Notes under the pieces: generated by a model
Seen by the model: the letters and a program-made list of their open reading frames with translations, nothing else
Database searches by the model: none
What the model was told of the DNA's origin: nothing
Program-made: the position numbers and the translations under genes
In this document: piece by piece, positions 29,447 to 43,604 of the stretch
How the letters are laid out: every line of letters begins with the position of its first letter
How positions within the stretch are numbered: position 1 is the stretch's first letter
Source: the human T2T-CHM13v2.0 reference genome, Homo sapiens
Reading direction: 5' to 3' (one strand)
NCBI RefSeq assembly: GCF_009914755.1
Contig: NC_060926.1
DNA: 64,000 bases

Positions 29447-29955
29447 TGAAGGGAATCAAAATATGCCACCTCAAAATATTTTTCGGCTTAAGGACCATCT
29501 TGAGTTGAAGGCAGTTAAGAACCAACAAATATAGGAAGATCTGTCTGCTCTTTCTGTCTGTCTAAAAGCAGGGCATAAATTTCCTTATGTGAAGTTTTCC
29601 TCCTTTCCCTTGGAAGAGAAGAGCACTCTTATCAATGAGATGAGGAGTCAGCACTGAGATGAGTTTGCATAAACAGACCTTACTAAACCTTATCTGCCAT
29701 GCGTTCTCCTATATATTACCCGGTCACCAACTCAAGATTCACCATCCTTTGAAGCCCAAATCCCCTTTCTTTGTTAAAATGATGTATAAGCTCCTGAGTC
29801 TAACAGCTGCTTTGAATTCTACTTCTTTTCTGTGAATTCCTATACATGTAGATATTGAGAAAAATGATGTATCTTTTCTCCTGTTAATGTATCTTTTGTT
29901 AGTTTAATTCACAGGCCCGAAGTATTAAACCTAAAAAAAATTTTCTTCCCCTACA
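29447..29955 (+). mobile_element. Solo ERV1 LTR (MER34-like) nested in MLT1B
   Basis: TG...CA, 509 bp; starts tgaagggaatcaaaatatgccacc and ends ttcttcccctaca; flanks ccat/cctt. Confidence 0.75.
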
Positions 29956-30026
29956 CCTTTTCTCTTTGTCCTTGTGTGGCCTTTCCTCTGTGCTTGTACA
30001 TTTCTGGTGCATCCCTTCCTTTTCTT

Positions 30027-30331
30027 TCTTTCTTTCTTTTTTTTAATTTGAGGTGGAGTCTCACTCTGTTGCCCAGGCTGGAGTGCAGTGATGCGATCTC
30101 AGCATCCTGCCAACTCCGCCTCCCAGGTTCAAGCGATTCTCCTGCTTCAGCCTTCTGAGTAGCTGGGATCACAGGCGTGCACCACCACGTCCAGCTAATT
30201 TTTGTATTTTTAGTAGAGATGGGGTTTCACCATGTTGGCCAGGCTGGTCTCGAACTCCCAATATCAGGTGATCCACACGCCTTGGCCTCCCAAAATGCTG
30301 GCATTACAGGCGTGAGCCGCCGCGCCTGGCC
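30027..30331 (-). mobile_element. AluSx-like
   Basis: TSD ccttccttttctt at 30014-30026 and 30332-30344. Confidence 0.94.
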
Positions 30332-30717
30332 CCTTCCTTTTCTTATAAGGATACCAGTCCTATTGGATGAAGGCCCCGTCATTATGGCCTCATTTAACCT
30401 TAGTTATCTCTCTAAAGGTCCTGTCTCCAAATACAGTCATACTGGGGGTTAGGGCTTCAACATATGAATTTTGAGGGGCCACCATTCAGTCCATTAACAG
30501 GTGGTGTTAAATCTGATTGTGATGTTCAAAAAGTGCTTCAGTGCCCTATAGGCATGAATCTGAATAATAAAAAATTGTGGTTATTAAAGAATAAAATAAA
30601 AATTTTATTTTTTTCATTTTAGATGTATTTTTTTTTTCAGATGGCTACTATGTTGTTAGGGCATAAATACTTATTAAGTTGTTTGAATGTAATTTCTTAA
30701 CATAAAGAACTGGTGGG

Positions 30718-31211
<494 letters not shown>

Positions 31212-32014
31212 TTATTGTCTCAGAGAAAATGGCCACAGTGGAAACTGAGATCGAAGGACAATTCTTGGCTTTTTAAGTTAAAACATGAAAACTAAATCAA
31301 AACAAAAACACCTTTGTCTAAGTTTTTAAAAGGGAAAATCTGTGTATAACACCATCCGGCAGAACTGGCCTGTTTTCTATTCATGACCTTCATCTCCTAC
31401 CACCCCAAGCCTAAATAAAGTGAGGGAAGGAGCAGAGAGGGGCGAGGTAAGAGATGATGTAGGGAAGTGGACACTGGCATGGGTCTGTGCCGAGTCTGTG
31501 GTAGGCACAGAGCTGCCAGCAAGTCTGGGGGTCCATGGTCAGAGGGTCTGTGCACTCAGTCCTAAGGGATGTCCTGGTAATATAAACAGGACCCCAGAGA
31601 CCCTGCTCACGGTGCCAGCTGGGCTGTGGCTGGAAGCAGAAATGGGGGAGATGGTGGTTGAAGTGGAAAGTAGGATTCAATGTATTTCAATCTGAAAGGA
31701 CTGAAAAAAGACTGAAATTATCTGGAAATGACTAGCTGGATTTTCTCCATTAGGTGGAATGGGAGCGCAAGGTAAATGTTAAAAAATCACTGATAAGAGA
31801 ATAAAAGTAGATGCATTTGTACATATTCGAATTTATAGGTCAGGAATGCCACACCACTGTCTGCTCCATTAATTTGTAAACATTTTCTTGAATGTTCAAG
31901 AATATGATTTGAAGAACTAAAATATCTTTGAGACTCAGTAGAATGAATCTCTAGTGACTGTTTTGGGTATTTAGAAAATCTAAATATCAAGGGGAGGTCT
32001 AAACTTATTGTATA

Positions 32015-32430
32015 TAGTAGGTTGAATAGGGATCTCCCAAAATCATGTCCACTGGGAATCTCAGAATGTGATCTGTTTGGAAATAGGGTCTTCGCACCTA
32101 TAATTGGTTACTTTTTTACATTTTTTAAGATGCTGGATTTTGGATGGGCTCTAAATCCAGTGACTGGTGTCTTTAAAAGAGGAAGGAGAGGGAGGCGTAG
32201 ACCCAGAAAGACACAGGGAGAAGGCGATAGAGTAGAGATTAAAGTCATTCCTTCACAAGCCAATGAATGCCAAGAGACACCAGATATTGAAATAGACAAG
32301 GATGCATTCTCTCTAATGCCTAAGAAGGGAGTGTGGTCCTGTGGGCATGCAGACTTTGGACTTCTCTCAAAAAAAAAGTGTGAGAAAATACATTTCTGTT
32401 GTTTGAAGCAAGTCTGTGGTCATTTGTAAG
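32015..32430 (+). mobile_element. MLT1C-like MaLR LTR
   Basis: ggttgaatag...tcagaatgtgatctgtttggaaatagggtctt...ctaaatccagtgactggtgtc...catttctgttgtttgaagc. Confidence 0.8.
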
Positions 32431-32639
32431 GGTGGACTGCCCTTCTTAAGCATCACATGTACCTCTGCGCTCCTCTGGGCATTGTACAAACGATGGCCCA
32501 TTTACTGCCCCTTTTTTCAGCTTACCTTTCTTGAGTGCCAGGGTAGTCTGGATACTCAGGGTAGAGAAGAAACAGAGCTTGGAGCTCAACTAGAGAGACC
32601 AAAAGTCTAAGTAACCAAGTCCTATATTGGAAATAGTGG

Positions 32640-33900
32640 TGTGAGCATGGGGACAATCACAGGGTAGGAAAGCGGGGAGCCAGGGAAGCATGGTGCCCCA
32701 AAAGCCAAGCCAAGAAAGTATTTCCAGAGGGAGGGACTGGATGGGGGTGGCCAGTGCCCCAGAGGCATAAAATAGGACAGAGAAGGGACCCTCAGCTATG
32801 CAGAGTGGAGGCACCCATGCCCTTGATAAAGAAGTCCTGTGGAAATGTACTTATGACAGCCCCATTGGACTTGCTGGTGAGGAAGTGAAAGAACTGGAGG
32901 AGTCAACCCTCCTGAGGGGTTCTGCTTGCAAAGGGGCCAGAAAATAGAGAGGCAATTAAAGGGGGCCTTATTTGGTTAGTTTGTTTTTATATTTAAGACT
33001 GAAGATAGTGTCAGAGGCATTTGAACCAGAGTGACTCCACCTTGAATAGAAGCTGGGTAAAATGAGGCTGAGACCTACTGGGCTGCATTCCCAGAAGGTT
33101 AGGCGTTCTTAGTCACAGTATGAGACAGGAGGTCGGCACAAGATACAGATCACAAAGACCTCGCTGATTGATAAAACAGGTTGTGGTAAAGAAGCCACTA
33201 AACCCCACCAAAACCAGGATGGTGATGAAAGTGACCTCTGGTCGTCCTCACTGCTCATTATACTCTAATTATAATGCATTAGCATGCTAAAAGACACTCC
33301 CACCAATGCCATGACAGTTTACAAATGCCATGGCAATATCAGGAAGTTACCCTATATGGTCTAAAAAGGGGAGGAACCCTCAGTTCTGGGAATTGCCAAC
33401 CTCTTTCCCAGAAAACTCATGAATAATCCACCCCTTGTTTGGTATATCATCAAGAAATAAGTATAAGTGTACTTAGGCGAGCAGCCCATGCTGCTGCTCT
33501 GCCTATGGAGTAGCCATTCTTTTATTCCTTTACTTTCTTAATAAACTTTCTTTCACTTTACTGTATGGACTTGGCTCGAATTCTTTCTCGTGCAAGGTCC
33601 AAGAACCATTCTTGGCGTCTGGATCAGACTCCTTTCCGGTAACAGTAGTATAGTGTGTTTGCTGATGAGAAGAATCAGCAGAAAGGAAAGGCAAGAGGGT
33701 GAGAGAGAGGAGGAGGAAAATGCAGAGGAAGTCCTCGGGTAGGAGGAGGGGGTGAGACCCAGTGAACAAAAGACGGAGCGGCCTTACTGGGAGCAGGGTG
33801 GAGCCTCAGTAACAGTTGGGTGGGGAGAGTTGGTGGTGGGGAGGTAAGGTGGTTCTCTTCCTGGTTTTTTTTCTTTTCTCAGTGAAATAAAAATCAAGAT
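32640..33900 (-). mobile_element. L2 fragments split by MER41B
   Basis: aagccaagaaagtatttccagagggaggga and tttaagactgaagatag...tgtgtttgctgatgagaagaatcagcagaaagg are L2-like. Confidence 0.5.
33009..33644 (+). mobile_element. MER41B solo LTR (ERV1)
   Basis: tgtcagaggcatttgaaccagagtgactcc...ctttccggtaaca, 636 bp; flanks atag/gtag; tandem GAS region present. Confidence 0.92.
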
Positions 33901-35861
33901 GATCAGGTGAGAATGAGGAAGGGGAGAGGGTGCTGGGGACCCTTGGAGAGAAGATGTTTTTGCATCTTCTCTGCAGGTGTTCACATCCTCTACTGGGCCC
34001 CCAGATGCCACATGCAAGCCAGCTGTGAGAGGGTCAAAGTCAGATCACTGAAATGCCTGCGAGTCACCCCCAGCGGTTCCCACAGCACTGCCTGCTGGAC
34101 TGTCACTCCTCTGTTTAAAACCCTCAAAGAGCACCCACAAAGACAAGGTCTAAATTCCTTGGCTCGGACTTGGAGCCCCATAATGGGCCCCCGGCGGACC
34201 CTCCGGTCTCCTCTTGTCCTGCCAAACAGGCAACTGCAGGAGAGTGGAGAGGCCTGGGGCCTCCCTGACTTGTCAGAAGCGCTCCCCCCATCACTGAGAT
34301 GCAGGACCCAAGACAGCGCTGCTCCGGAGTGAAGGGGAGGTGCCAGCAGAGGAGCAGCCTCTACTCACCTCGGGGTGCTCCGCGAGGGCAAACAGGCCCA
34401 GTGTTGCCAGTGCTTCCCATGTTGCCAGAGAATCTGGAAATGCAGAGTGTTAGATGTTGCCGGAGCAGTTTTCTGTACTCTGCAGATGAGCTAGTATTAT
34501 TTTTTCAGCGCATTCTCTTAAAGTCCCCCACTAGTATTGTAGAGCAGGTTCTCTTCCTATGAGTGGGTTAGACTTGCAAGACTTCCCCAAGTGAACTCTT
34601 AACAAAATTTCTTCTTTAATGTTTCTGCAACTCTGTTGGGAGCAGATGGGTTCCAGATAAGCCTATGCCAGAGAACAGGCAAAAGGAAACCATTTTTGCA
34701 CTAACTGTTCTATTTTGGTTTTGAGTCCTCTAACCTTCTCCTCCTTCTGCAAACTCATTTCATCTAAGCCTTTGCCAGGAGGACAACCCTTGCTGCTCAG
34801 AGTAGAGAGAGTGAGGAGCAGGGGCTGGGTGCGGGTGTCCACAGGGTTGGGGAAGGAAGAAGATTCCAGTCACTTAAAAGGCGCTCCACACGTTGGGGCT
34901 GGGGAGGTGTAGATGGTAATCCCGTGTGGACATTGGTCCTGTTCAGCAGCAGCCCTAAGTTGAAAGCAATGGTGATGTATGAACACCAACACAGAATGGA
35001 AACCTAGAGCTTGATGCATCCAAAGTCTTCCAGGCCCAACCACCTGCCTATGTGTGCTCCATCCCGGGCCCTATCCAGTGGGATCACTTGTTCCTGCAGG
35101 GCGGTGCAGAGCCAAGGACACACAAGCCACGCTGCCCCACAGGGTCTGAAGGAGTCGCCTGCTTTCCAGTGTTGTCTCTCCTCCTGCTGAATGTCAGGAG
35201 CCCACTGACAACAGAGACTCGAGGTGAGTTTGGTAGGACACGCATATGATCTGTACATGGCGAGAGCGAGGCCTAATCCATGCACAAGTGGCTCATGTTT
35301 GTATACTTTGCCTACCTTGAAGATGTGTTTAAAACTCTACTGCTTTTCTGTACTTCAGAGAGCTTAGGCAACAAGGACAAGACATCAGATACACCTTTTT
35401 CCAAAAGTGTGCATACTCTCATTGTGGTCTAATTATAATAACAAAAAAACAGGAAGCAGCTTGAATGTCCAATGCTAGGAGATGTCTGATAAATTATGAT
35501 GTCCCAGTAAGACGGGTCCCATGTAGCCAGCCACACAAGAACATGCTCACCTGTGACCTTAACTGAAGAAAGTTGGATATAAAAACATAAAAAATGAATA
35601 AGGAGCACAATCCTACTCTGTCATACAAAAACTTTTGTTACATAAAAACACCCACATATGTGCACAGAAGATATTCCCTAAAATAAAATAAAATATTACC
35701 TAAAATAAAATAAAAATAGGTAACTTTTATTTTTTTCTTAAAAATTTTCTCTAGTTTACTTTTTTAACAATAAATATTTATTATTTACATAATAAAATGT
35801 GTATGCATTTTAATTATACATATTCTATTATATATAGTATGTGTATATATATATACATATA

Positions 35862-36165
35862 TTTGTTTTTTTTTTGAGACTGTCTCCTTTCTGTCACCCA
35901 GGCCGGAGCACAGTGGTGCAATCTCAGATCTCAGCTCCCTGCAACGTCTGCCTCCTGAGTTCAAGCGACTCTCCTGCCTCAGCCTCCTAAGTAGCTAGGA
36001 CTACAGACACACACACCACCACACCCGGCTAAATTTTGTAGTTTTGGTAGAGACGGGGTTTTGCCATGTTGGCCAGGCTGGTCTCGACCTCCTGACCGCA
36101 AGTGATCCACCCTCCTTGGTCTCCCAAAGTGCTGGGATTACAGGCGTGAGCCACCATGCCTGGCC
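35862..36165 (-). mobile_element. AluS preceded by a TA-rich tract
   Basis: Antisense dimer with an internal atctcag duplication. Confidence 0.92.
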
Positions 36166-37235
36166 TCCTTCTGTTTTTCATTGTGAAAAGCAACAGTTCT
36201 GCCAGGGAGCCCTCTTTACAGCTATTGCCTCTCTCTCAGGCTGGTGGTTATCACATTTTCGCCGTCCCTCCAAGTCCCGGGTGGTATATGCTTTTGCTTG
36301 TTGCCTGCCCTAAGGAGCACCACTATCCCTTGTTAAAACAGTCCTCTTATTAAACTCGCTGCAGACCTCCCTCCTGCAGAGTGCCATCTGTTTCCTGCCT
36401 GGACCCTGCCTGGCTCAGTGACTTTTGTGCTCAGCCCCCAAGCTTTCTCTGGTTCTCTAGAGTCTGAATCAAGCAAACCAAGTCGCATGTTCTGTAGGCT
36501 GGAAAAGCCATTCTGCCATGTGTAAAACTGGATATTGTAAAAGAAAAAGAATCTCACAGGAAAAGAGGCATAAGAAGTAAGTAGTAGTCACCTTTTTGGG
36601 GTGACTGAATTCATAGACAAGCTGAGCAAGCAAAACACAAGGAAGAAGATCACCTTTTTTGAGCATCATTTCTTTGTCAACAAATTAAAGGGTTGAAAAA
36701 GGACCAGTCCCTCAACTTCCTTCCTTCCTGTGTTCATACCCCTGAGGGTGACCCAACATCAAGCCAGGAACACATTTTTCTCAGGCCCTCACAGTTGTCA
36801 CCTCCTAATCTGGGGTCCTCATCCTAAAGATGGTTCTATGTGTCCTGACGTCAGGGCTGCTCTGAAATGTTGACCTGAGGGATGTGGGCATGAGGTCAAG
36901 TGGGAACAGCCTTGGGTACATGAGTGTAGCTAGAATGCTGGCCCAGAACCTCTGCCCAAACTCTACCTGCTATTTGGGGGCAGCCTGAAGTCTATTGCTT
37001 ATTTGAAGACCTAGCTCTTCTCTGAACTCTGAAACAATTCGCCATGAATTTAGTGTACCCTTCTTTCTTTCCTGAATTAGCCTGTAAACTCCCAGATCAC
37101 CTACCTTATAGGGATGTACCTCTCAGCACTTCCCAGGGTGTTGGATGCAAACAGTGCTGTGTAGACCTCAGTTGATGAACAGACATGTGAACTGTCTGGT
37201 CCATGACAATTATAATAGAGGTAATTACCTAGACT

Positions 37236-37445
37236 TAATAGCTAGCACATGCTTTACCCTCTATTGGCCACTATATTGTGTTTGCCCAGACAACCTCATT
37301 TAATCCCTACAAACATCCCATGAGTTAGGTAATATCCCTATTCCTATTGTATAGATGATGGAACTTAGGCTTAAAAAAGCTCAGTAACTTGCTAACAGTC
37401 ACACAATTATAAATAGCAGAGACCGAAGCCCAGGTTCTTAGCCGC
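37236..37445 (-). mobile_element. MIR
   Basis: ctcatttaatcc...cccatgag...tatagatgatggaacttaggctt...agtaacttgctaacagtcacaca. Confidence 0.8.
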
Positions 37446-37742
37446 TCGGCCATTCTGCCTTTTTCTTTGGTGACCATCCCCACTCCTCCATAATAATGTG
37501 ATGACAATTTCAGTGAACCATTCAATCACATGGGACAGGGTGCTCATGCCTTAACTGGGCACTTTGATGAGATCAAGAGACTCTGAGTTCACAAATTTCT
37601 ACACCTGTGAGGGGAATAATAGGTCTCCTTCAACAGTCTTGCCCTATGCTAGGCTTCCTTCGAGTAGGTTCATACCCAACACAGACCCTTCTCTATGCTC
37701 AGAACAGCCAACATGAACCTAGAGAGACAAGCACACCTTTTC

Positions 37743-38062
<320 letters not shown>

Positions 38063-39140
38063 ACACCTTTTCAAGGGGCCTCTGCCTGAACTTTTCCACA
38101 ACTGTGAGCCAATCTTTTTTTTTTTTTTTCTGACTTGGTCTTCTGTTTTAACTCAGGGTAGAAGCTCTTTTGAACTCCCAATTTTAAAATGGAACAGAAA
38201 AGAGAACGGCTAAAAAATTCTGTTAAAGGTGCATTTTGGCCAAGCGGCCCAAGGGTATTTCCGTGGTTCAGAAGATTTTTTTTAGCATCCACTTTGAGAA
38301 ACCCTGCAGCAGCTCCCAGTCTGTGCCAACTTAGGTTTTGGCTTAATGAGATGCAATGTTCACGCTCAAGTCAATAAAATGAGATGAAAATCATTCTTAG
38401 GCTGTGACAGTAAGATTAGGACCACAAAACCACATAAAATATTTGGTCACTAAATACTTTCTCTGATGCCCTGGGATGGAAAGTCTGACTTAAAATTTAA
38501 TGAGGTGATCCTGAGATTTCAATTTTTGTAATAACATCCCTTAGGTTGATTTGTTCTCAACGTTCTCTGTCAATTGAAGAGTGTGAGCTTAGAAATCATG
38601 ACCTGGGGTGGTGTGTGGGGAGCACTGCAAAGCTAAACATCAGCTGCCGAGTTAAATTTAGTTAAATTAGGGTATTGGAGAATCTGAGGAAAAGGACATT
38701 GGGTTGTGGGGTGTGGCGTTGAAAAACATACCTTTTCTAAGAACTTGGCAATTTAAATTCTGGCCACGATCAATCACATTCCTCAGGCTCAGAAAACATG
38801 GAAATGCACGCAAAAATGTTTCTTAGTTTTCCCCAGAACAGGCAGGAATTCTTTGAGATGGAAAGTAAACAGAGCTATCAGCATATCGGCCTGGGTTCAA
38901 TTCACTATTTTTAACTGACTGGAAAAAGGAAAATATATGGCCCTGTTTTCTTTGCTTGAGTGATGTAAAGAGCATTTTTACAGAAATACGCATTTTCCAC
39001 TAGATTTATCTGCGATAGCATCTCTCTACTGCTCCCATGAGCTGCCTGTGAGATCCATACATATCTCCTGGGCTATGAGTCTGATCAACCAAACAGGCAC
39101 CAGGGAGTGGGAAACGTCCAGGCTGTTCCCCACTTGTGTC

Positions 39141-39830
39141 TTTTTGTTGTGGTGATGGTAAAATATACATAATATAAAATTTACCCTTTCACCATTTTTA
39201 AGTGTACAATTCATTGCCATTAAGCTCATTTATAATATACAGCAACCAGCACCTCCATCCATCTCTAGAATTATTTTCATCTTCTCAAACTGAAACTCTG
39301 TCCCCATTTTAATGGGGACCGACTCACTCCCCATTCCCCCTCCTCCCAGGCCCTGGTAACCTCTATTCGACATTCTGTAAGAATTTCCCCACTCTAGGTA
39401 CCTCATATAAGTAGAGTCATACGATACTTGTCCTTTTGTATTTGGCTTCTTTCATGCAGCATATTTTCAAGGTTCATCCATATTGCAACATGTGTCAGAG
39501 TTTTCTTCCCTTTTAAGGCTGAGTAATATTCCATCATACATACATACCACATTTTGCTTATCTGCTCTTCCATTGAGGGACATTTGGATTGCTTCCACCT
39601 TTTGACTATTGATGTCTGAGTCTCTGCTGTAAATCCTTTTGGGTATGTCCCCAGAAATGAAGTTGCTGGGTCATATGGTAATTCTGTGTTTAACTTTTTG
39701 AGGAGCCACCATATAGTTTTCCAGCATTTTATGCCAGCACACTGTGCTAATTTCTCCACATCCATGCCAACACTTGTTATTTTCTGCTTGTTTTGTAACA
39801 GCCGTCATAATACATGTGAAGTGGTACCTT
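39141..39830 (-). mobile_element. L1MB-like 3' end
   Basis: ORF 39403-39765 reads LKKLNTELPYDPA...WKQSKCPS...WMNLENM, the L1 ORF2 C-terminus and 3' region. Confidence 0.9.
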
Positions 39831-40494
39831 CCCACTGAATGTCTTTTAAAAGAAGCACAGTTCAGGATGTGTTTCAAATAGGGTGGCAGTTATATCTGCA
39901 TTTTGAAGGAGTTTTTAAACTCACATCCCAGAATCTTTTCAGTATGTTTTGTAAACAACAACAACAAAGGAAGTGGAACTTAAATGAGTAAATGAAAACA
40001 GAATGAAGAGAGAAAAACAATTAGAAAGAGGAAAAGTTTAAATATCTAAATGGACCCCGCAGTGGCTTAGCTAGTGATGTATACATCTGTCCCTGCGTTG
40101 GCCTATGGGAAAGTTCACAGGTGACCCCAACACCAGCACATTTTGGTGGAGTCTGGCTTATTAGTCGAGCACTTCCTGAGAAGATTCACCAGGTACTCTC
40201 TCTAAGCAGAGGCCTTGGAAATGGAATCCCCACTCCTCCTCTTTAGGGCACGTCTCCAGGGAGAACCATTAACAACATCATACCCAGCCTGCCAGTTTGA
40301 GGGTAGACAGCTCCTCCACTGAACCAGGAGGAAGAGCAGGGTACACGACACAAGGGCAGGGCTTACATCCACGTAGTCACAGAGGCAACTGCCTTTCTGC
40401 CTTGCTCTCATTTCTCCCAATTCCTTAAAAACAAAGAGCACTCCCTACCTGTGATCTTCATCCCAGCACGATCATGTACACTGGGGAAGTTGTC

Positions 40495-40590
40495 TCAGCT
40501 TATAGACAAGGAACCTGAGGTCTGAGAGGCGAAGTGACTGCCGAGGTGACCCAGGACAGCACAATGAGCTGAGTTTTGTTCTGCTGGCTT
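40495..40590 (-). mobile_element. MIR core fragment
   Basis: tatagacaaggaacctgaggtctgagaggcgaagtgactgccgagg. Confidence 0.6.
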
Positions 40591-41476
40591 GGTCTTGAAT
40601 GACAGGTGGAGCTAGGGGAGTACACTGTCCATCCCGGAACCAAGCCAACTCCACCCCCAACCGGAGAGATCCTCCTTCATTTTTCCCCCACACATGAGTG
40701 CAATAGTCCTAAATCAGAGGACAACACCGGACATCTGTCTCACCAAGCTCATGCAACTATATCAAGAACATCCTGTGTGATGCCCCTGGGGTTTAAAAGC
40801 TAGCACTGTTCATGTAGTTTCAAAGTGGTCTACAATGCCAGGTCCCATGGAATTGAAATCTATCCCATAGCCCGTTGAGAAAAACAGTAACTGGAATCAC
40901 TGTGCTTCAGTCTCTGGGGATTCATCGTGGCCTCCTAGTCTTTGTTGCCATTAATTGTTTTATGACATTGTTTAAATTAAGTCACTTAACTTTCAGCTTC
41001 TTCAGCTATTGCAAGCTTTCCGGGATAACAGAGCACGTGTTCTTCTTCTCAGAGCATCTCCCATGCTTAGCACAGGTGACTCACTAGTGAAGGCCAGTTG
41101 TAACTTCTGTGTTATCCTTGGGCCCCAACTCCCCCCCAATCACTTTCTGCCTTCCCACACTTATATAAGTTCAGACCTGCTGTTTCATCTTAAATCTGGA
41201 TGGCACACAGCACAGCTAAGACGCTCAAGCAAGTAAAAATGCATGCTGTTTGGCGAGTCATGTAATCATACAGGTACTTTTTGATCTTCAAGTATAAGAT
41301 TTGAGTGGATTAATTTTTAAATGAACCATGTGTCTGTATCTGAATATAGAATTACAGTAAGGATGACATAGTAGAACTTCACTTAAAGTTGGTGACTAAT
41401 GGAGCACTAGACCTAACTCACTTGTGCAAATTAGAATAGATTGGTAGGCTTGGGCCATGGGGTAAGTATATCAATT

Positions 41477-41848
41477 TGTATCAGTTTGCTAGGGCTGCCA
41501 TTATTAAGTACCACAGACTGAGTGGTTAAACAACAGAAATGTATTTCCTCACAGTTCAGGAGGCTGTAAGTCTGGCTGGTTTCTTCTGAGGCCCCTCTCC
41601 TTGGCTCATAGATGCTGTTTCCTCCATGTGTCTTCACATGACCTTCTCTCTGTGTGTGTCTGTGTCCCAGTCTCCTCTTTTTACAAGGAGACCAGTCAGA
41701 CTGGATGAGGGCCCATTCTAAAAACCTCATTTCAACTTAATTACCTCTTTAAAGACTGTGTGTCTAAATATGGTCACATTCTGAGATAGGTGTTGAAGTT
41801 AGGACATGAACACATGGATTTTGGGGAGACACAATTCAGGTCATAACA
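41477..41848 (-). mobile_element. MLT1B-like MaLR solo LTR
   Basis: tgtatcagtttgctagggctgcc...acacaattcaggtcataaca; perfect 5-bp TSD caatt. Confidence 0.9.
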
Positions 41849-41882
41849 CAATTAAAATGTAGATGCAAGGAAATTATTAAAG

Positions 41883-41945
41883 ATTTGAAAAAACGGAATG
41901 ATAATGGATTATTATTTGAAAAAAAAGGAATGATAATGGATTATT
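41883..41945. repeat. Two-copy tandem duplication, about 31 bp
   Basis: atttgaaaaaacggaatgataatggattatt followed by atttgaaaaaaaaggaatgataatggattatt. Confidence 0.9.
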
Positions 41946-42029
41946 ATGTGGTACTTCAGCCAGATACTGAGAGTAGAAGGAGCCCGTAGGCAGTGTGATG
42001 CCACATTTCCTATGTGCGGCAGCTCAGAT

Positions 42030-42190
42030 GTTAGGGAGACTTGGGTCTAGGATCTGTCTCCAATACTGCCAGCCACATGGAGATGAAAAGTTTGACAAGG
42101 AGAGAAACACGAGAGGCAGTTTTCACATCTATTAAAGAGAGATGATAACAGTATCTCCCCTGTAGGCTTGTTATGAGGATTAAAATAAGG
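42030..42190 (+). mobile_element. MIR fragments
   Basis: cagtttttcacatctattaaag...gataacagtatctccc...gttatgaggattaaa. Confidence 0.65.
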
Positions 42191-42239
42191 AGCCTAGACC
42201 ACTGTTTAAGTGAGGGGTCATGAAACAATGAACCCAGAC

Positions 42240-42700
<461 letters not shown>

Positions 42701-43120
42701 TACTTCACCCTGTGCCTGATAGACAGGTAATGTACACGCAGTAGAGAGAGCTGCTATAAATACTACTCCTACCTCCATGTTGAGCTTAATAGAAACCTAG
42801 TCCTCAGACTTTTCATTCCTCTTTGATTGGGCTACTCTTAATGGGTGAAGCACAGGCAGGCCACCCTCTTCTACCCACAAATATTTTCCAAGTTAATTAA
42901 GAACACACGGAGAATAAATCTATGAATCCCTTGGGCTCTGGATTTCTGATGACAGTGTTTAAGGCATGAGCTTGGGTCCAGGGTCTGGTCATTAAAATTT
43001 TGTTTATTTATTCCAATGATGATCATTAATGACCAATTGCTGAGCCCTCTCTGTTCCCCTTTGGAGTCAGCATAGACTTCAAAGGCAAACTGGCACAAAA
43101 TGTTAGCCTGCACCCTCTGA

Positions 43121-43604
<484 letters not shown>

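Noticed and set aside
34340-34360. CTCF-like CCAGCAGAGGAGC, and a similar motif near 52765
   Set aside because: Each is one base short of the CCASYAGRKGGCRS core spacing.
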